This document shows, in pieces, positions 20,801 through 31,305 of a DNA stretch of 64,000 nucleotides. The stretch is from an uncultured Acidimicrobiia bacterium. Its GTDB lineage: Bacteria; Actinomycetota; Acidimicrobiia; IMCC26256; JAENVU01. A model generated the notes under the pieces. It ran no database searches. It saw only the letters and a program-made list of their open reading frames with translations, and was not told where the DNA came from. The stretch spans positions 20,272-84,271 of the forward strand of contig CAWFYD010000004.1 of NCBI GenBank assembly GCA_963819945.1, given 5' to 3'. Position numbers and translations under genes: made by a program. Position 1 is the stretch's first letter; each line of letters begins with the position of its first letter.

Positions 20801-22164
20801 GTCCCCACGTGGCGTTCCGGGCGAAGGTGATGTCGAAGATGCCCTTGACGTACACGACGTCGAGGTACATGTCGTAGAGGAGCTCGGGGATCAGCAGCGC
20901 GGCGAGCAGCCGTGCTTTCCAACCGCCGCTCCAGGACGCTGACGACCCGATCGACGACGAACAGGCTTCCCACGCCGAGCCAGAACGGGAACCACACCCA
21001 CTGGTCCGCGGCGAGCAGCGGTCACGATGATGAGCAGCCAGAACGAGCTGAGTGCGATGACCGAGTAGCCGATGCCGAGCTGTTGGGCCCAGTAGCGGAG
21101 CATCGTGGGGGCCGGCCCGTAGGCGCCGAGATTCTCCAGGGCGCCCCGTTGCCAGCGGAGCCGCTGGGTCCACAGGTTGCGCCATGTGGGCATGAGCTCG
21201 GTGACGACCCGGCAGCCGTTCGGCGACGCCATCAGCCCACCGAGGGACTTGATGGCGAGGGTCAGCTCGTTGTCCTCGGTGAGCGCCGCCGTGTCGTACA
21301 CGTCACCGTGGACACCGGGCAGCAGGCCCTCCTCGGCTGTCCGCGACGGTCCGCAGCGCCCGCGCCCGAAACATCGATGCGGTGCCGGTCAGCACGAACA
21401 CGCGCCCGCGCCGGCGCTTGATCTCCCGGGAGTACCGGACGTACTCGTTTCGTTGGAGCTGGCCGAGGAGCGCCGTGGCCCGTCTCGCCGTAGAAGAGAC
21501 CGCCGATCGCCATCAGCGCGCGATCGCTGGTGAACCGCTGAATGCCGGCGGCGAGGAAGCCGTCGTCGAGCACGGTGTCGGCGTCCATGCACATGACGAT
21601 GTCGTTGTCTCCGAACCCACCGAGCAGACCGCGCAACGCCTGGTTCAGCGCCCCCGCCTTCTTGTGGGTGTTGCCCTCGGAGACGAACACCTCCGCTCCG
21701 TGCTCCCGCGCGATGGATTCGGTCGCGTCGGTGCAGTTGTCCGCGACGACGATGACGCGGTTCGGCGCCGGCTCTTGCGCACCGAGGGAGTCGAGCGTCG
21801 CGCCGATCGATGCTGCCTCGTTGTGGGCGGGGATGAGGACGGTGACGGTGACCGGTCCGCCGAACACGCCACGGGTCTCCGCCATGACGAGCTTGGGGGC
21901 GAGCAGCTTCACCCTGGCGTCGGACGAGCGTCGGGATCGGTCCATGACGACCCGTTCGACGAGGGCCACGCCGGCGGCGAAGAGCAAGCCGAGACCGATC
22001 GCGCCGAACACGATGGTGAGGGCGGGCATCTGCGTGTCGTAGAAGACGTGCCACCCACCGAACACGGAGCTCGACTTCGGAGACTGATCGACCGAAGGGG
22101 AGCGCGCCGAAACTGCGAACCACAGCACGAGCGCTCCACCGATGGCGATGCCGGCGATGACCAA
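20730..22164 (-). pseudogene. Processive family-2 glycosyltransferase (PgaC/cellulose/chitin-synthase-like), four +1 frameshifts; N-terminus may extend to about 22400
   Basis: TVLIPAHNEA, VVADNCTD, MCMDADTVL (DxD), TEDNELTL, QRLRWQRG (QxxRW) and C-terminal TM helices are spread over ORFs 21262..22164, 20891..21301, 20770..20997 and 20730..21185. The frame upstream of TTG 22164 stays open (..ATKRRNASGWLGRYIG) without a start codon. Confidence 0.8.
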
Positions 22165-22462
22165 TCCGATGTAGCGGCCGAGCCAGCCGCTGGCGTTCCG
22201 GCGCTTGGTGGCCCGGGCATCGTCGCCGGGACCGGAGCCGGCCGGAGGGTTGGGCCTACGGGTGCGGTCGCAGATCGCGGTCGATCCCGGCGGATCGCTC
22301 GGTGGTGTCGAGCTCGCTGGTTTCGGATTCGGGCGCGGTCGAGCCGCGCGGCGCTGGTGCTCACAACGTCACATCGGCCGGATCGACCGCTCGCCTGATC
22401 GGATTCTCCTTCGTCGGGTCGATTTCGAGCGACCCGGTCGGGTCTCCGCGAGCCGGGAAAGC

Positions 22463-22891
22463 TCAGGCGCCCCCGCGAAAGAGGTCGAAATCGTCGAAGT
22501 CGAAGCCGGGGGAGACGACGCAGCTGACGAGCGCGTCTACGTCGGACGGAAGCGTTCGTTGCCACCGCGCCGCAGGGACAACGACCTGGAGCTGTTGGCC
22601 GGAGGCGAGGTCGACACCCAGCGTCTCGATGGCGGCCGGGATCGGTTGCGGTCCATCGCCGCCGAGCTCCAGAGCCACGACGCCGAGATGCGCGAACCAG
22701 GCCTCGTCGGAGGCAACCCGATGCCAAGCAGAAGATTCGCCGGCGGGCAACAGGAAGAGGATCGCGGTGGCGGTCGCGCGATCACGACCGTCCCGGGTCC
22801 GGACCCGTTCGACTGCCTCCCAGGTCCGGCGGTACCAGCCGCCCTCGGGATGAGGCTGCAGGTCGAGTGCCTCAGCCAGCGGTGGCCTCAT
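22463..22891 (-). CDS. Cupin superfamily protein (DUF985-like)
   Basis: Intact. MRPPLAEALDLQPHPEGGWYRRTW...ILFLLPAGESSAWHRV.SDE.W..H is the family pattern. ATG at 22891. Confidence 0.75.
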   Translation of the reverse strand: MRPPLAEALDLQPHPEGGWYRRTWEAVERVRTRDGRDRATATAILFLLPAGESSAWHRVASDEAWFAHLGVVALELGGDGPQPIPAAIETLGVDLASGQQLQVVVPAARWQRTLPSDVDALVSCVVSPGFDFDDFDLFRGGA

Positions 22892-23012
22892 CGACGCCTC
22901 AGCTCTCAGTCCATCTGCGACCACTCGAGCGTCTGGAGGTCGTCGGCACGCCGGTGGAAGTGGCCGATTGTACCGAGTGACGACGACCAGACGGGCGGGC
23001 CATCATGGGGCG

Positions 23013-26000
23013 ATGATCTTCGAGTTCGATGGGTACGAGCTCGACGTCGGGCGGTTCGAGCTGCGACTGCGCGGGGAGCGCCTCCACGTCGAGCCGCAGG
23101 TCTTCGACGTGCTGCGTCATCTCGTGGAGCATCGAGACCGCGTCGTCACGAAGGAGGAGCTGCTCGACGACGTCTGGGGCGACCGGTTCGTCAGCGAGTC
23201 GGCGCTGACCACTCGGATCAAGGCGGCGCGGCGTGCAGTCGGCGACAACGGCCGCGAGCAACGCCTCATCGGCACCGCCCATGGCCGGGGGTACCGCTTC
23301 CTCGCGCCGGTCGTGGTTCGGGAGTCTCCGATGCCCAGAACGGTGCACTGCGACGTTCGCTACGCGCGCACCGGCTCCGTGAACGTCGCCTACGAGGTGA
23401 CCGGCAACGGCCCCGTCGACATCGTGCTCGTGTCCGGGTTCGTCTCGCACCTGGAGGTCGACTGGGAGGACCCCCGGTCGGCGGCCTTCCTCGATCGTCT
23501 CGGACGAGCCGGGCGACTGATCCGCTGGGACATGCGGGGAACCGGGCTCTCCGACCGGCCGCCCGAGCTTCCCGACCTCGAGTCGCGGATGGACGATCTC
23601 CGCGCCGTGATGGATGCGGCGGGGAGCGAACGAGCCGTGGTGCTCGGAGACTCCGAAGGTGGACCCGTCGCGACTCTCTTCGCCGCCACCTATCCGTCTC
23701 GCACCCTCGCCCTGGTGCTCTACGGCACCTACGCGACCGGTATGGCGTCGACCGAGCCGGAACTGGTTGCCGCATCGAGTCTGCAGCAGGTGTGCCCGAA
23801 CGCCGACGACGCGATGGCGGAGTGGTGGGAGCGGAGGGCGCGTGCGTCGGCGAGTCCGGGAACGCTGGCCGCGCTGGCGGAGCGGAACGCCGAGGTCGAC
23901 GTCAGCAGCGCCCTGGCGACGCTACATGTCCCGACGTTGGTGGTTCACCGCCGCGACGATCGCCAGGTACCCGTCGAGAACGGACGCTTCCTCGCGGAGC
24001 ACATCGCCGACGCGCGTCTCGTCGAGCTGCCGGGTGTCGATCACGTCCCCTGGATCGACGCCGACGAGGTCCTCGAGCCGATCGAGGCGTTCATCGACGA
24101 GGTCTCCGCGGCCGAGCCGCGAGGAGCCAGCGGGGTCGAGGGCGCGCTCGCGACAACGCTGTTCACCGACATCGTCGGATCCACCGAACTGAACGCGAGC
24201 ATGGGCGACGCGCAGTGGAGCGCCCTGCTCGATCGACACGACCGGATCCTCCATGAGGCGATGGAGGCGTGGCAGGGGCGCTGGGTGAAGTCGACCGGCG
24301 ACGGCGCGCTGGCCGTCTTCGAGACCCCGGCACGCGCCCTGCGCGCCGCACTCACCGCCGGGGCAGCGACTCGCCGAGCTCGGGATCCAGATCCGTGCCG
24401 CGGCCCATGCGAGCGAGATCGAGACGGCGGGGCGACGACGTCGCCGGGCTCGGGGTCACGATCGCCGCTCGACTGGTGGCGATCGCCGAGCCGGACGAGA
24501 TCCTGGTCACCGCGGCGGTGCGTGACCTCGTGTGTGGTTCGGGCATCGAGCTCGATCGAGCGCGGTACGCGTGACCTGAAGGGCGTGCCGGGACGATGGG
24601 AGACCTACGCCGTCGGTGCTGCCCAAGCCCGAGGTCGAGCCGCTGATCTCCACCATCTCGCGACTCGCCGCGTGTGACCAACCTCCCGCAGCCGTCGGAC
24701 CCGTTCATCGGGCGCGCCGACGACCTCGCCCGGGTCGCCGACGGCGTGGCGAGCTCCCGTCTCGTGACGCTGGCCGGACCGGGGGGAGTCGGCAAGACGC
24801 GCAGCCGCGATCGAATTCGCGAGCAGCTCCGACCTGGAGAGCTGGTTCGTGGACCTCAGCCGGGTCACCGAGCCCGGTGCCGTCGCCGCGGCCTTCCTCG
24901 ACACCCTCAGCGTGTCGCCTCGGAGCGGCGTCACGGACTGCGACCGTCTCGTCGAGTCGCTCGAGTCTCGGCCAGTCCTGCTCCTCGTCGACAACTGCGA
25001 GCACCTCCTCGACGCGACGGGGGAGATCGTCGGCCCGGCTGCTCCGGGGAACCACCGACGTCCGGGTCCTGGCGACGAGCCGGCAAGCGCTCGGCGTCGC
25101 GGGGGAGCAGGTGCTCGTCGTGGCTCCGCTCGGCCTTCCGTCGGCGACGGCAACGGTCGAGGAGCAACGCGCCTCCGACGCGGTGCGGATGTTCATCGAA
25201 CGTGCCGAGCTGGCCGGAGCGTCGGTCGATGACATCGAGAGCGTGGTTGCGCTCTGCCGGCGGCTCGACGGCATCCCGCTCGCGCTCGAGCTGGCCGCAG
25301 CGCGCATGCGCGCGTTCTCGGCCGCGCAGATCCTGGAGCAGCTCGACGCGGGCTGGTCCGTCTCGGTCGCGCGGCTCGACCAGGTCCGGCGCACCATCTC
25401 TCGCTCGACGACGCGATCGACTGGTCGTACCGGCTGCTCGACGACGGCGAGCGCGAGCTGCTGCTGCTGCTCGGCACGTTCCGCGGTCCGTTCGACCTTC
25501 CGGCCGCGACGGCGGTGGCCGCCAGCGACCCGCTGAAGACGTCGGACCGGCTCGCGCAGCTCGTCGACCAGTCGCTGCTCCAGAGCGTCGTCAGCCCCGC
25601 CGGCCGGCGGTTCCGGCTGCTGGAGACGGTGCGCGCCTTCACGGCTGCCCGCATCGATCCCGGCGACGCGGCCGGCGCCCGCGAACGGCACGCGGACGTA
25701 CTTCGCGCGCCGGGTCGACAAGCTCGGCGCGCTCGTGCCCGGGCCGGACGAGGACGACGCCAGCAATCGACTCATGGTCGAGCTCGACGACATCCACGCC
25801 GCCTTCGCGCACGCGGCCGCGACGTGGCGACGTCGACACCGCGGCCCGGCTGGCGCTCGGTCCCCGCCTGGCGCTCTCCACCGACGCGGCGCGCTGGGCA
25901 CATCTCGCGTTGCGCGCGGTGCAGCTCGACGGGATCGTCGTCACGGCCGGAATACGTCTCGCTCCTGGCCAGCGCGGCATGGGGCGCGGTGCTGATCGCG

Positions 26001-26826
26001 GATCTCCCGCGCGCACGAGCGCTGGCCAACGAGGGCCTGACCCGAGTCGGTGATCCGGCCCAGCATCCGCGCTTGTGCTGGATCTGGCCGCAGGCCGCCG
26101 GCGGCTCATTCGTCGAAGGCGCGGACGGCTGCATCGCCGGTGCCGCCGTCGCAGCCGGCCGTGAAGATCACGCGGCGGAATCGTTCTTGCTGGGAACAGC
26201 GGCGATCTACCGGCTCGCGGCCGGCGACGAGCTGCGGGCGATCGACGAGGCGCGGGCCGCCCTGGCCTTGGCGGCCGACGTCGGGAGCCGGTCGCTCCGC
26301 GGCACGCGCGGCCGGCGCACTGGCCTACGCACTCCAGGATGTCGACGTGACCGGGGCTCGCCGTGCCGCGGAAGAGGTGCTGGAGGTTGCGACTCCGGGT
26401 GACTTCCACCTCAACATGCCGCATCGCGTCCTGGCGATCCTTGCCTGGCGCGAGGGTGACTACGAGGCCGCAGCGGAGCATGCGACGCGGGCGACGTCGC
26501 TGATCCGGGACCAAGGTGATCGGTACGTCCAGGCCGCGTCGGTTCGCCAGCTGGCCGCGCTGATCGGCTCGGTGGAGCCGCTCCTCGCGGCGGAGCTGCT
26601 CGGTGTGGCCGACGGCCTCGTTCCTGAGGTCCGGGTCATCGCCCGCGACGAGATCGCCGATAGCCGGCTCCGGGCACATCTCGTCGATACGCTCGGCGCC
26701 GCCGAAATGGCCTCGGTGGTCGATCGCGCCCGGCGGTACGACACTCGCGTCGCGAACGCCACGATCGATCGGGCCCTGCGCGTGATCCGCGCCGGAGGAG
26801 CGATCTCCGCCGATTCGCAGCGCTAG
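23013..26826 (+). pseudogene. About 1270-aa multidomain regulator: OmpR-type winged helix, alpha/beta hydrolase, class III cyclase, NB-ARC P-loop ATPase and TPR-like C-terminus; at least 12 frameshifts
   Basis: The domains read in this order:
- wHTH: MIFEFDGYELD..VVTKEELLDDVWGDRFVSESALTTRIKAARRAV..GRGYRF.
- Hydrolase: VRYARTGSVNVAYEVTGNGPVDIVLVSGFVSHLE, VLGDSEGGP.
- Cyclase: FTDIVGSTE, KSTGDGALAVF, GLGVTIAARL, LKGVPGRWETYAV.
- P-loop GPGGVGKTR at about 24776-24802.
- Walker B: LLLVDNCEHLL.
- Further ATPase motifs: LATSRQALG, LDGIPLALELAAARM.
- Helical repeats up to ...IDRALRVIRAGG, stop at 26826. Confidence 0.8.
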
Positions 26827-27010
26827 CGAGAGCTGGGCTTTCGAGCGATCACGAATTGATGGTCGTTGCGGAACCGGTAGATGCCGAACCCGTCGCGGCA
26901 TGTACGTGATCGGGCTCCCGTTCATGCGGCGGCGCAAATCCGGCTTCCTTGACCGCGTCGGGGCCGATGCCCACGACCTGGCACCCGTGCTGCACGCGGC
27001 CCTCGGCCGG

Positions 27011-27478
27011 TCAGCCGTCCCCGTGTGACGTCACGCGGAAGAGGGCCGTGATCCGATCGATCGTCGTCTGCTCGGTGGGGTTGACGTCCTTCGCGGCGCT
27101 GGCCACCGCCTGGGCGATGTCGACCAGCCACGCCGCGACCTCGGCGGCTTCGATGGCATCGAGCTTCTTCAACGCGGCCGCCGCGGGCTTCAGGCTCTCG
27201 AGCGCACCGTCGATCGCGGCTTCGATCGTCGGGCCCCGGTGCTCCTTCATCTCGTGCCGAGCGTCCTTGGTGTCGGCGCCGGCCACGATCGCCGCGATGA
27301 GCTCGTTCGCCGCGCCGTGCGGACCGGGCTTCGCGATGGCCCGCGCGCTCGCACTTGCCTCTTTGATCATCGAGATCGGACCGTGTTCACCGGCCGCGAA
27401 GATGGCCGCGGTCACGAGCAGCGGCGCCTCCGTCAGCGCGTGCCACTCGTCCTCGGTGAATGCGGACTGGTCGGTCAT
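27011..27478 (-). CDS. Conserved hypothetical helical protein (155 aa)
   Basis: Intact ORF with typical codon bias: MTDQSAFTEDEWHALTEAPLLVTAAIFAAGEHGPISMIKE... No named motif. Confidence 0.6.
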   Translation of the reverse strand: MTDQSAFTEDEWHALTEAPLLVTAAIFAAGEHGPISMIKEASASARAIAKPGPHGAANELIAAIVAGADTKDARHEMKEHRGPTIEAAIDGALESLKPAAAALKKLDAIEAAEVAAWLVDIAQAVASAAKDVNPTEQTTIDRITALFRVTSHGDG

Positions 27479-27530
27479 CGGAGCTCCTCGAGACGGGGTT
27501 GGCGAGCGTACCGGCCGGACCCGGGCCGAC

Positions 27531-28340
27531 TCAGTACGGGCGATCGCCGACGACGGTGACCCGTTCCATCACACGGCGGTGGGGGAGGAAGTCGTTGCTG
27601 ACGCAGTGCTGGGTCGCGCGGTTGTCCCAGAATGCGACGCTCCCCGGGCTCCACCGGAAGCGACACTGCACGTCGGGGATCGACGCGCTGCGTTCGAGCT
27701 CGCTCAAGAGCGAGCGCGCCTCGACCGTTTCCATGCCCTTGATGCCACACGTGAAGGCCGCGTTCACGTAGATCGTGCGGCGCCCCGTCTCGGGATGGGT
27801 CCGCACGATCGGATGCTCGACGGTGGGGTGCTTCGCGCGCATCTTCTCCTGCCGCTCGGGGGACAGATGACGGCCGAACGCGCGCGTGTAGTCGTGCAGC
27901 GCGACGAGTGGGTCGATCTTCGCCCGTGTCGTCGCGTCCAGGAGGTCGTACGCGGCTCCCATGTCGGCCCAGAGCGTGTCGCCGCCGAGCGGAGGCGACA
28001 CGACGATCCTCAGGATGGAACCGAGCGAGGGCTCCGGACGCCAGGTCACGTCGCTGTGCCACACGTCCGGCGCGCGCATCTTCCCTTCGGAGGGGAGCAC
28101 GAAGATCTCGGGTTCTTCCTGGTCGGCCGGCGTGAGCGGATGTACCTCGAGGTCGCCGAATCGCCGTCCGAAGGCGATGTGGCGCTTCCGATCCAGCTCG
28201 GTCTGGTCGCGGAAGAAGATCACCTTCCAGGCCAGCAGCGCGTCGCTGATCTCGGCAATGGTCTCGTCCGGCAGCGGGGCGGCGAGATCGACACCGCTGA
28301 TCTCAGCGCCGATCGTCGCGGTCAGCGGAGCTATCTCCAT
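27531..28340 (-). CDS. TauD/TfdA-family Fe(II)/2-oxoglutarate dioxygenase
   Basis: Intact 269 aa. The metal triad context is WHSDVTW...GGDTLWADM...FWDNRATQH...R.MERVTV. Confidence 0.85.
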   Translation of the reverse strand: MEIAPLTATIGAEISGVDLAAPLPDETIAEISDALLAWKVIFFRDQTELDRKRHIAFGRRFGDLEVHPLTPADQEEPEIFVLPSEGKMRAPDVWHSDVTWRPEPSLGSILRIVVSPPLGGDTLWADMGAAYDLLDATTRAKIDPLVALHDYTRAFGRHLSPERQEKMRAKHPTVEHPIVRTHPETGRRTIYVNAAFTCGIKGMETVEARSLLSELERSASIPDVQCRFRWSPGSVAFWDNRATQHCVSNDFLPHRRVMERVTVVGDRPY

Positions 28341-28384
28341 GGCGCGAAAGCCTAAGACACACCGCGCCGCGGGAAGCGATCGCA

Positions 28385-29350
28385 GTGCGCGAGGCTGGGC
28401 CGATGAGCTTGGGAAGCGAATCGACGACCGACGAGGTGCTCGAGGGCACCGATCTGTCGGGTCAGTGGGTGCTGGTCACCGGCGCGTCCGCGGGCCTCGG
28501 ACAGGAGACCGCGCGCGCCGTCGCGGCGCACGGAGGCAACCTCGTGCTCGGAGTGCGTGACGTCGCCAAGGGCGAGCGAGCCGCCGAGCCGGTGCGGGAA
28601 GCGGCGGCGGGGACCGGCGCGACCGTCGAGCTGCGCGAGGTCGACCTCGCGGCATTGGCATCGATACGCACCTTTACCGACGCGGTCCGCGCCGATCACG
28701 ACCGGCTCGACGTGATCATCGCCAATGCCGGAGTGATGGCCACCCCGGAAGGTCGGACCGCCGACGGCTTCGAGACCCAGTTCGGCACCAATCACCTCGG
28801 CCACTTCCTGCTTGTCAATCGGCTGCGGCCGCTGCTCGACCACGGGCGAGCTCGGATCGTGAGCTTGTCGTCGGCGGGGCACCGGTTCAGCGACGTCGTC
28901 GTTGACGACATCAACTTCGAGCGATCCCCGTACGACCCCTGGCAGGCGTACGGGCGATCGAAGACTGCCAACGTCCTCTTCGCAGTCGAGCTCGACCGGC
29001 GCGGTCGTGACGCCGGACAGCGGGCCACCGCGGTGCATCCGGGCACCATCGTGACCGAGCTCGGGCGGCATCTGACGAAGGAGACCTTCGCCGCGTTGCG
29101 ACCCGCGCCGGGTCAACCGGAGATGGTCTGGAAGACGGTCCCGCAGGGTGCAGCCACCAGCGTGTGGGCCGCGTTCGTCGCGGACCCCGACGCGATCGGC
29201 GGGCACTACTGCGAGGACTGCCACGTCGCCGAGCTCACCGACGATCCCACCACCCGGGGCGGGATCAACGCCTACGCGCTCGACCCGGATTCGGCCCGGG
29301 CGTTGTGGACCCGCTCCGAAGAGCTCGTGGGCGAGTCGTTCCCCACCTAG
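28385..29350 (+). CDS. Short-chain dehydrogenase/reductase (SDR)
   Basis: Intact. VLVTGASAGLG (TGxxxGxG), NAG, S...YGRSK catalytic pattern. The alternative start ATG 28403 is possible. Confidence 0.85.
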   Translation: MREAGPMSLGSESTTDEVLEGTDLSGQWVLVTGASAGLGQETARAVAAHGGNLVLGVRDVAKGERAAEPVREAAAGTGATVELREVDLAALASIRTFTDAVRADHDRLDVIIANAGVMATPEGRTADGFETQFGTNHLGHFLLVNRLRPLLDHGRARIVSLSSAGHRFSDVVVDDINFERSPYDPWQAYGRSKTANVLFAVELDRRGRDAGQRATAVHPGTIVTELGRHLTKETFAALRPAPGQPEMVWKTVPQGAATSVWAAFVADPDAIGGHYCEDCHVAELTDDPTTRGGINAYALDPDSARALWTRSEELVGESFPT

Positions 29351-30613
29351 GTGGGGTCGGACCCGGTCGACGGACCGGGGTTCGACCCCGAGCGTCGCAG
29401 TGGGAAACGCGAGGTCGCGCCAACCCGCGCTCCCGTCAGGTACCGTCGCTCCGTGGAGGACCTGGTGCCCGGCGTCTCCCGCCCCGGTTCGCTGGATCCG
29501 TTCGAACGCTCGAATCTCGACGATCCGTACCCGTTCTACGCGCGTCTGCGTTCCTCGGCGCCCGACTTCATCGAGGTCCCGGAGCGCGGAGTGCTCGTCG
29601 CGGCCCGTCACGACGTCTGCCGCACGGTCCTGCGCGACCACGGAACCTTCCGCTCCGGTCTTGGTGTGCAGTGGGTCTCCGTCGCCGATTCCGGCATCCG
29701 GGGATCGTTCATCGAGAACGATCCGCCGGAGCACGCCCGGGTCCGGCGCTCCGTGCAGAAGTGGTGCACGCCGACGGCCATCGCCGAGCTCACCGAGGTC
29801 GTCGAACGCGCCGTGGACCGGCTCGTCGTTGCGTTCGTCGCCGCCGGCGGGGGAGACGTGATGACGGCGCTCGCCCGCCGGCTTCCGCTCATGGTCATGA
29901 GGGACTGGCTCGGACTCGACCTGCCCGACGACGCGATCGGGTGGGCCGACGCCTCGTTCCGGCTGGGCGCGCCCGATCCACCGCCCGACACCCGCGCCCG
30001 CTTCGACGGGTTCCTCGAGTGGGCGTTCGGCGGCGGGTTCCTCGACGTCGTTCCCGGCGCGCTGGCCGAGAAGGTGCTCGCGGGAGGCGAAGAGCAGCGT
30101 CTGCACGAGGACGAGACGTTCATCGCGCTCGCGTCCCTGCTGATCGCCGGGCTCGACACGACCGTGCATCTGATCGGCAATGGCTTCGCCGCGTTGGCCG
30201 ACCGGCCCGAGCAGTTCGCCGCGCTGCGTGACGATCCGGTCGGGCTCGCGTCCGGAGCCGTCGAAGAGATGCTCAGGTTCGACGGGCCGATTCGGTTCTT
30301 CCTCCGTCGCACCGACGACGGTCGCACCGTCGTCGTGTTGTACGGCGCCGGCAATCACGACGAGGCGGTGTTCGACGAGCCGGAAGCGTTCCGCATCGAT
30401 CGGGACGCGTCGGAACAGCTCTCGTTCGGCTCGGGGATCCATCTTTGTCTCGGCGCACCCTTGGCCCGCCTCGAAGCGATCACACTGTTTCGCACGCTCG
30501 CGCAGCGCATCGATGCCGTCGAGCCGCTCGCCGGCGCGGCTCGCACCGATTCTGCAGCCATCCGGGGCTATTCGACACTGCCCGTCCGGATTCGCGCCCG
30601 GCAAGGACATTGA
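29351..30613 (+). CDS. Cytochrome P450 (start uncertain: GTG 29351 or GTG 29453)
   Basis: I-helix LLIAGLDTTVH, K-helix EEMLR, heme loop FGSGIHLCLGAPLA. Uninterrupted. The segment between ExxR and the heme Cys looks about 10 aa short. Confidence 0.85.
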   Translation: MGSDPVDGPGFDPERRSGKREVAPTRAPVRYRRSVEDLVPGVSRPGSLDPFERSNLDDPYPFYARLRSSAPDFIEVPERGVLVAARHDVCRTVLRDHGTFRSGLGVQWVSVADSGIRGSFIENDPPEHARVRRSVQKWCTPTAIAELTEVVERAVDRLVVAFVAAGGGDVMTALARRLPLMVMRDWLGLDLPDDAIGWADASFRLGAPDPPPDTRARFDGFLEWAFGGGFLDVVPGALAEKVLAGGEEQRLHEDETFIALASLLIAGLDTTVHLIGNGFAALADRPEQFAALRDDPVGLASGAVEEMLRFDGPIRFFLRRTDDGRTVVVLYGAGNHDEAVFDEPEAFRIDRDASEQLSFGSGIHLCLGAPLARLEAITLFRTLAQRIDAVEPLAGAARTDSAAIRGYSTLPVRIRARQGH

Positions 30614-30626
30614 TGACCGGGCCGGA

Positions 30627-31299
30627 GTGAGGAAGCGCCGGACGCTCGAGGAGGCGCGGCGGCGCGGCGTTCACCTCGAGTGGGCAACCAACGCGTGGAA
30701 CCTGATGGAGGTCGTGGTCACGATCTCCCTCGGGTTGCGGGCAGGTTCGCTGGCGCTGATCGCCTTCGGGCTCGACTCCGTCATCGAGATCTTCGCTTCG
30801 ACGGTGGTGATCCGGAACCTGCGCGACGACCGAAGCGATCCCGGAGATCGGCGGGTGCACCGCTCGCTGCGCCTCATCGCCGTCGCGTTCTGGGTCCTCG
30901 CGACATTCCTGGTCGTGATGAGCCTCCGGGGCCTCATCCGCGGTGATCACCCCGACAGCGCACCGTGGGGCGTTGCCTATCTGGCGCTGACCGCGGTCGC
31001 AATGTTCGGTCTCGCTCGGCTCAAGCACGAGACGGCGACCGAGCACGACATCGAGACCCTGCAGGCCGAAGCCGCCCTCACGTTCCTCGACGGTTGCCTG
31101 AGCACGGGCATCCTCATCGCACTCGTGCTCAACGCATGGCTCGGGTGGTGGTGGACGGACGCGGCCGCGGCTCTTCTGGTCGCGGCATTCGCGCGTCAAG
31201 GACGGGCTCGACCACTGGCACGAATCCGAGCCGCACGAGCGGGACCCCAACGATCTCGACCACCCGGAAGGGTCGGGCCCGCGGCTGCCTCCGACCTGA
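30627..31299 (+). pseudogene. Cation-efflux-like (CDF-related) membrane protein, one +1 frameshift near 31195
   Basis: GTG 30627. LEWATNAWNLMEVVVTISLGLRAGSLALIAFGLDSVIEIFAS. The tail VKDGLDHWHESEPHERDPNDLDHPEGSGPRLPPT is in the next frame, with a stop at 31297-31299. Confidence 0.65.
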
Positions 31300-31305
31300 C
31301 TGGCT

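Noticed and set aside
26830-27010. A 180-nt gap with a protein-like minus-strand reading (…VQHGCQVVGIGPDAVKEAGFAPP… then …DGFGIYRFRNDHQFVIARKPSSR in another frame).
   Set aside because: It is too short. It needs a frameshift and has no clear start. I cannot match it to a family. It may be a small gene or a gene remnant, but the evidence is insufficient for a call.
28352-30610. A 752-aa ORF on the minus strand. Similar very long ORFs occur at 22205..24256 (+), 52669..54258 (-), 52692..54284 (-), 47082..49085 (+) and 25639..26937 (-).
   Set aside because: They run antisense to, or out of frame with, well-supported genes (SDR + P450, the multidomain regulator, LivM/G). They are Arg/Gly/Pro/Ala-rich with no recognisable motifs. 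Such open frames are expected by chance at about 70% GC.
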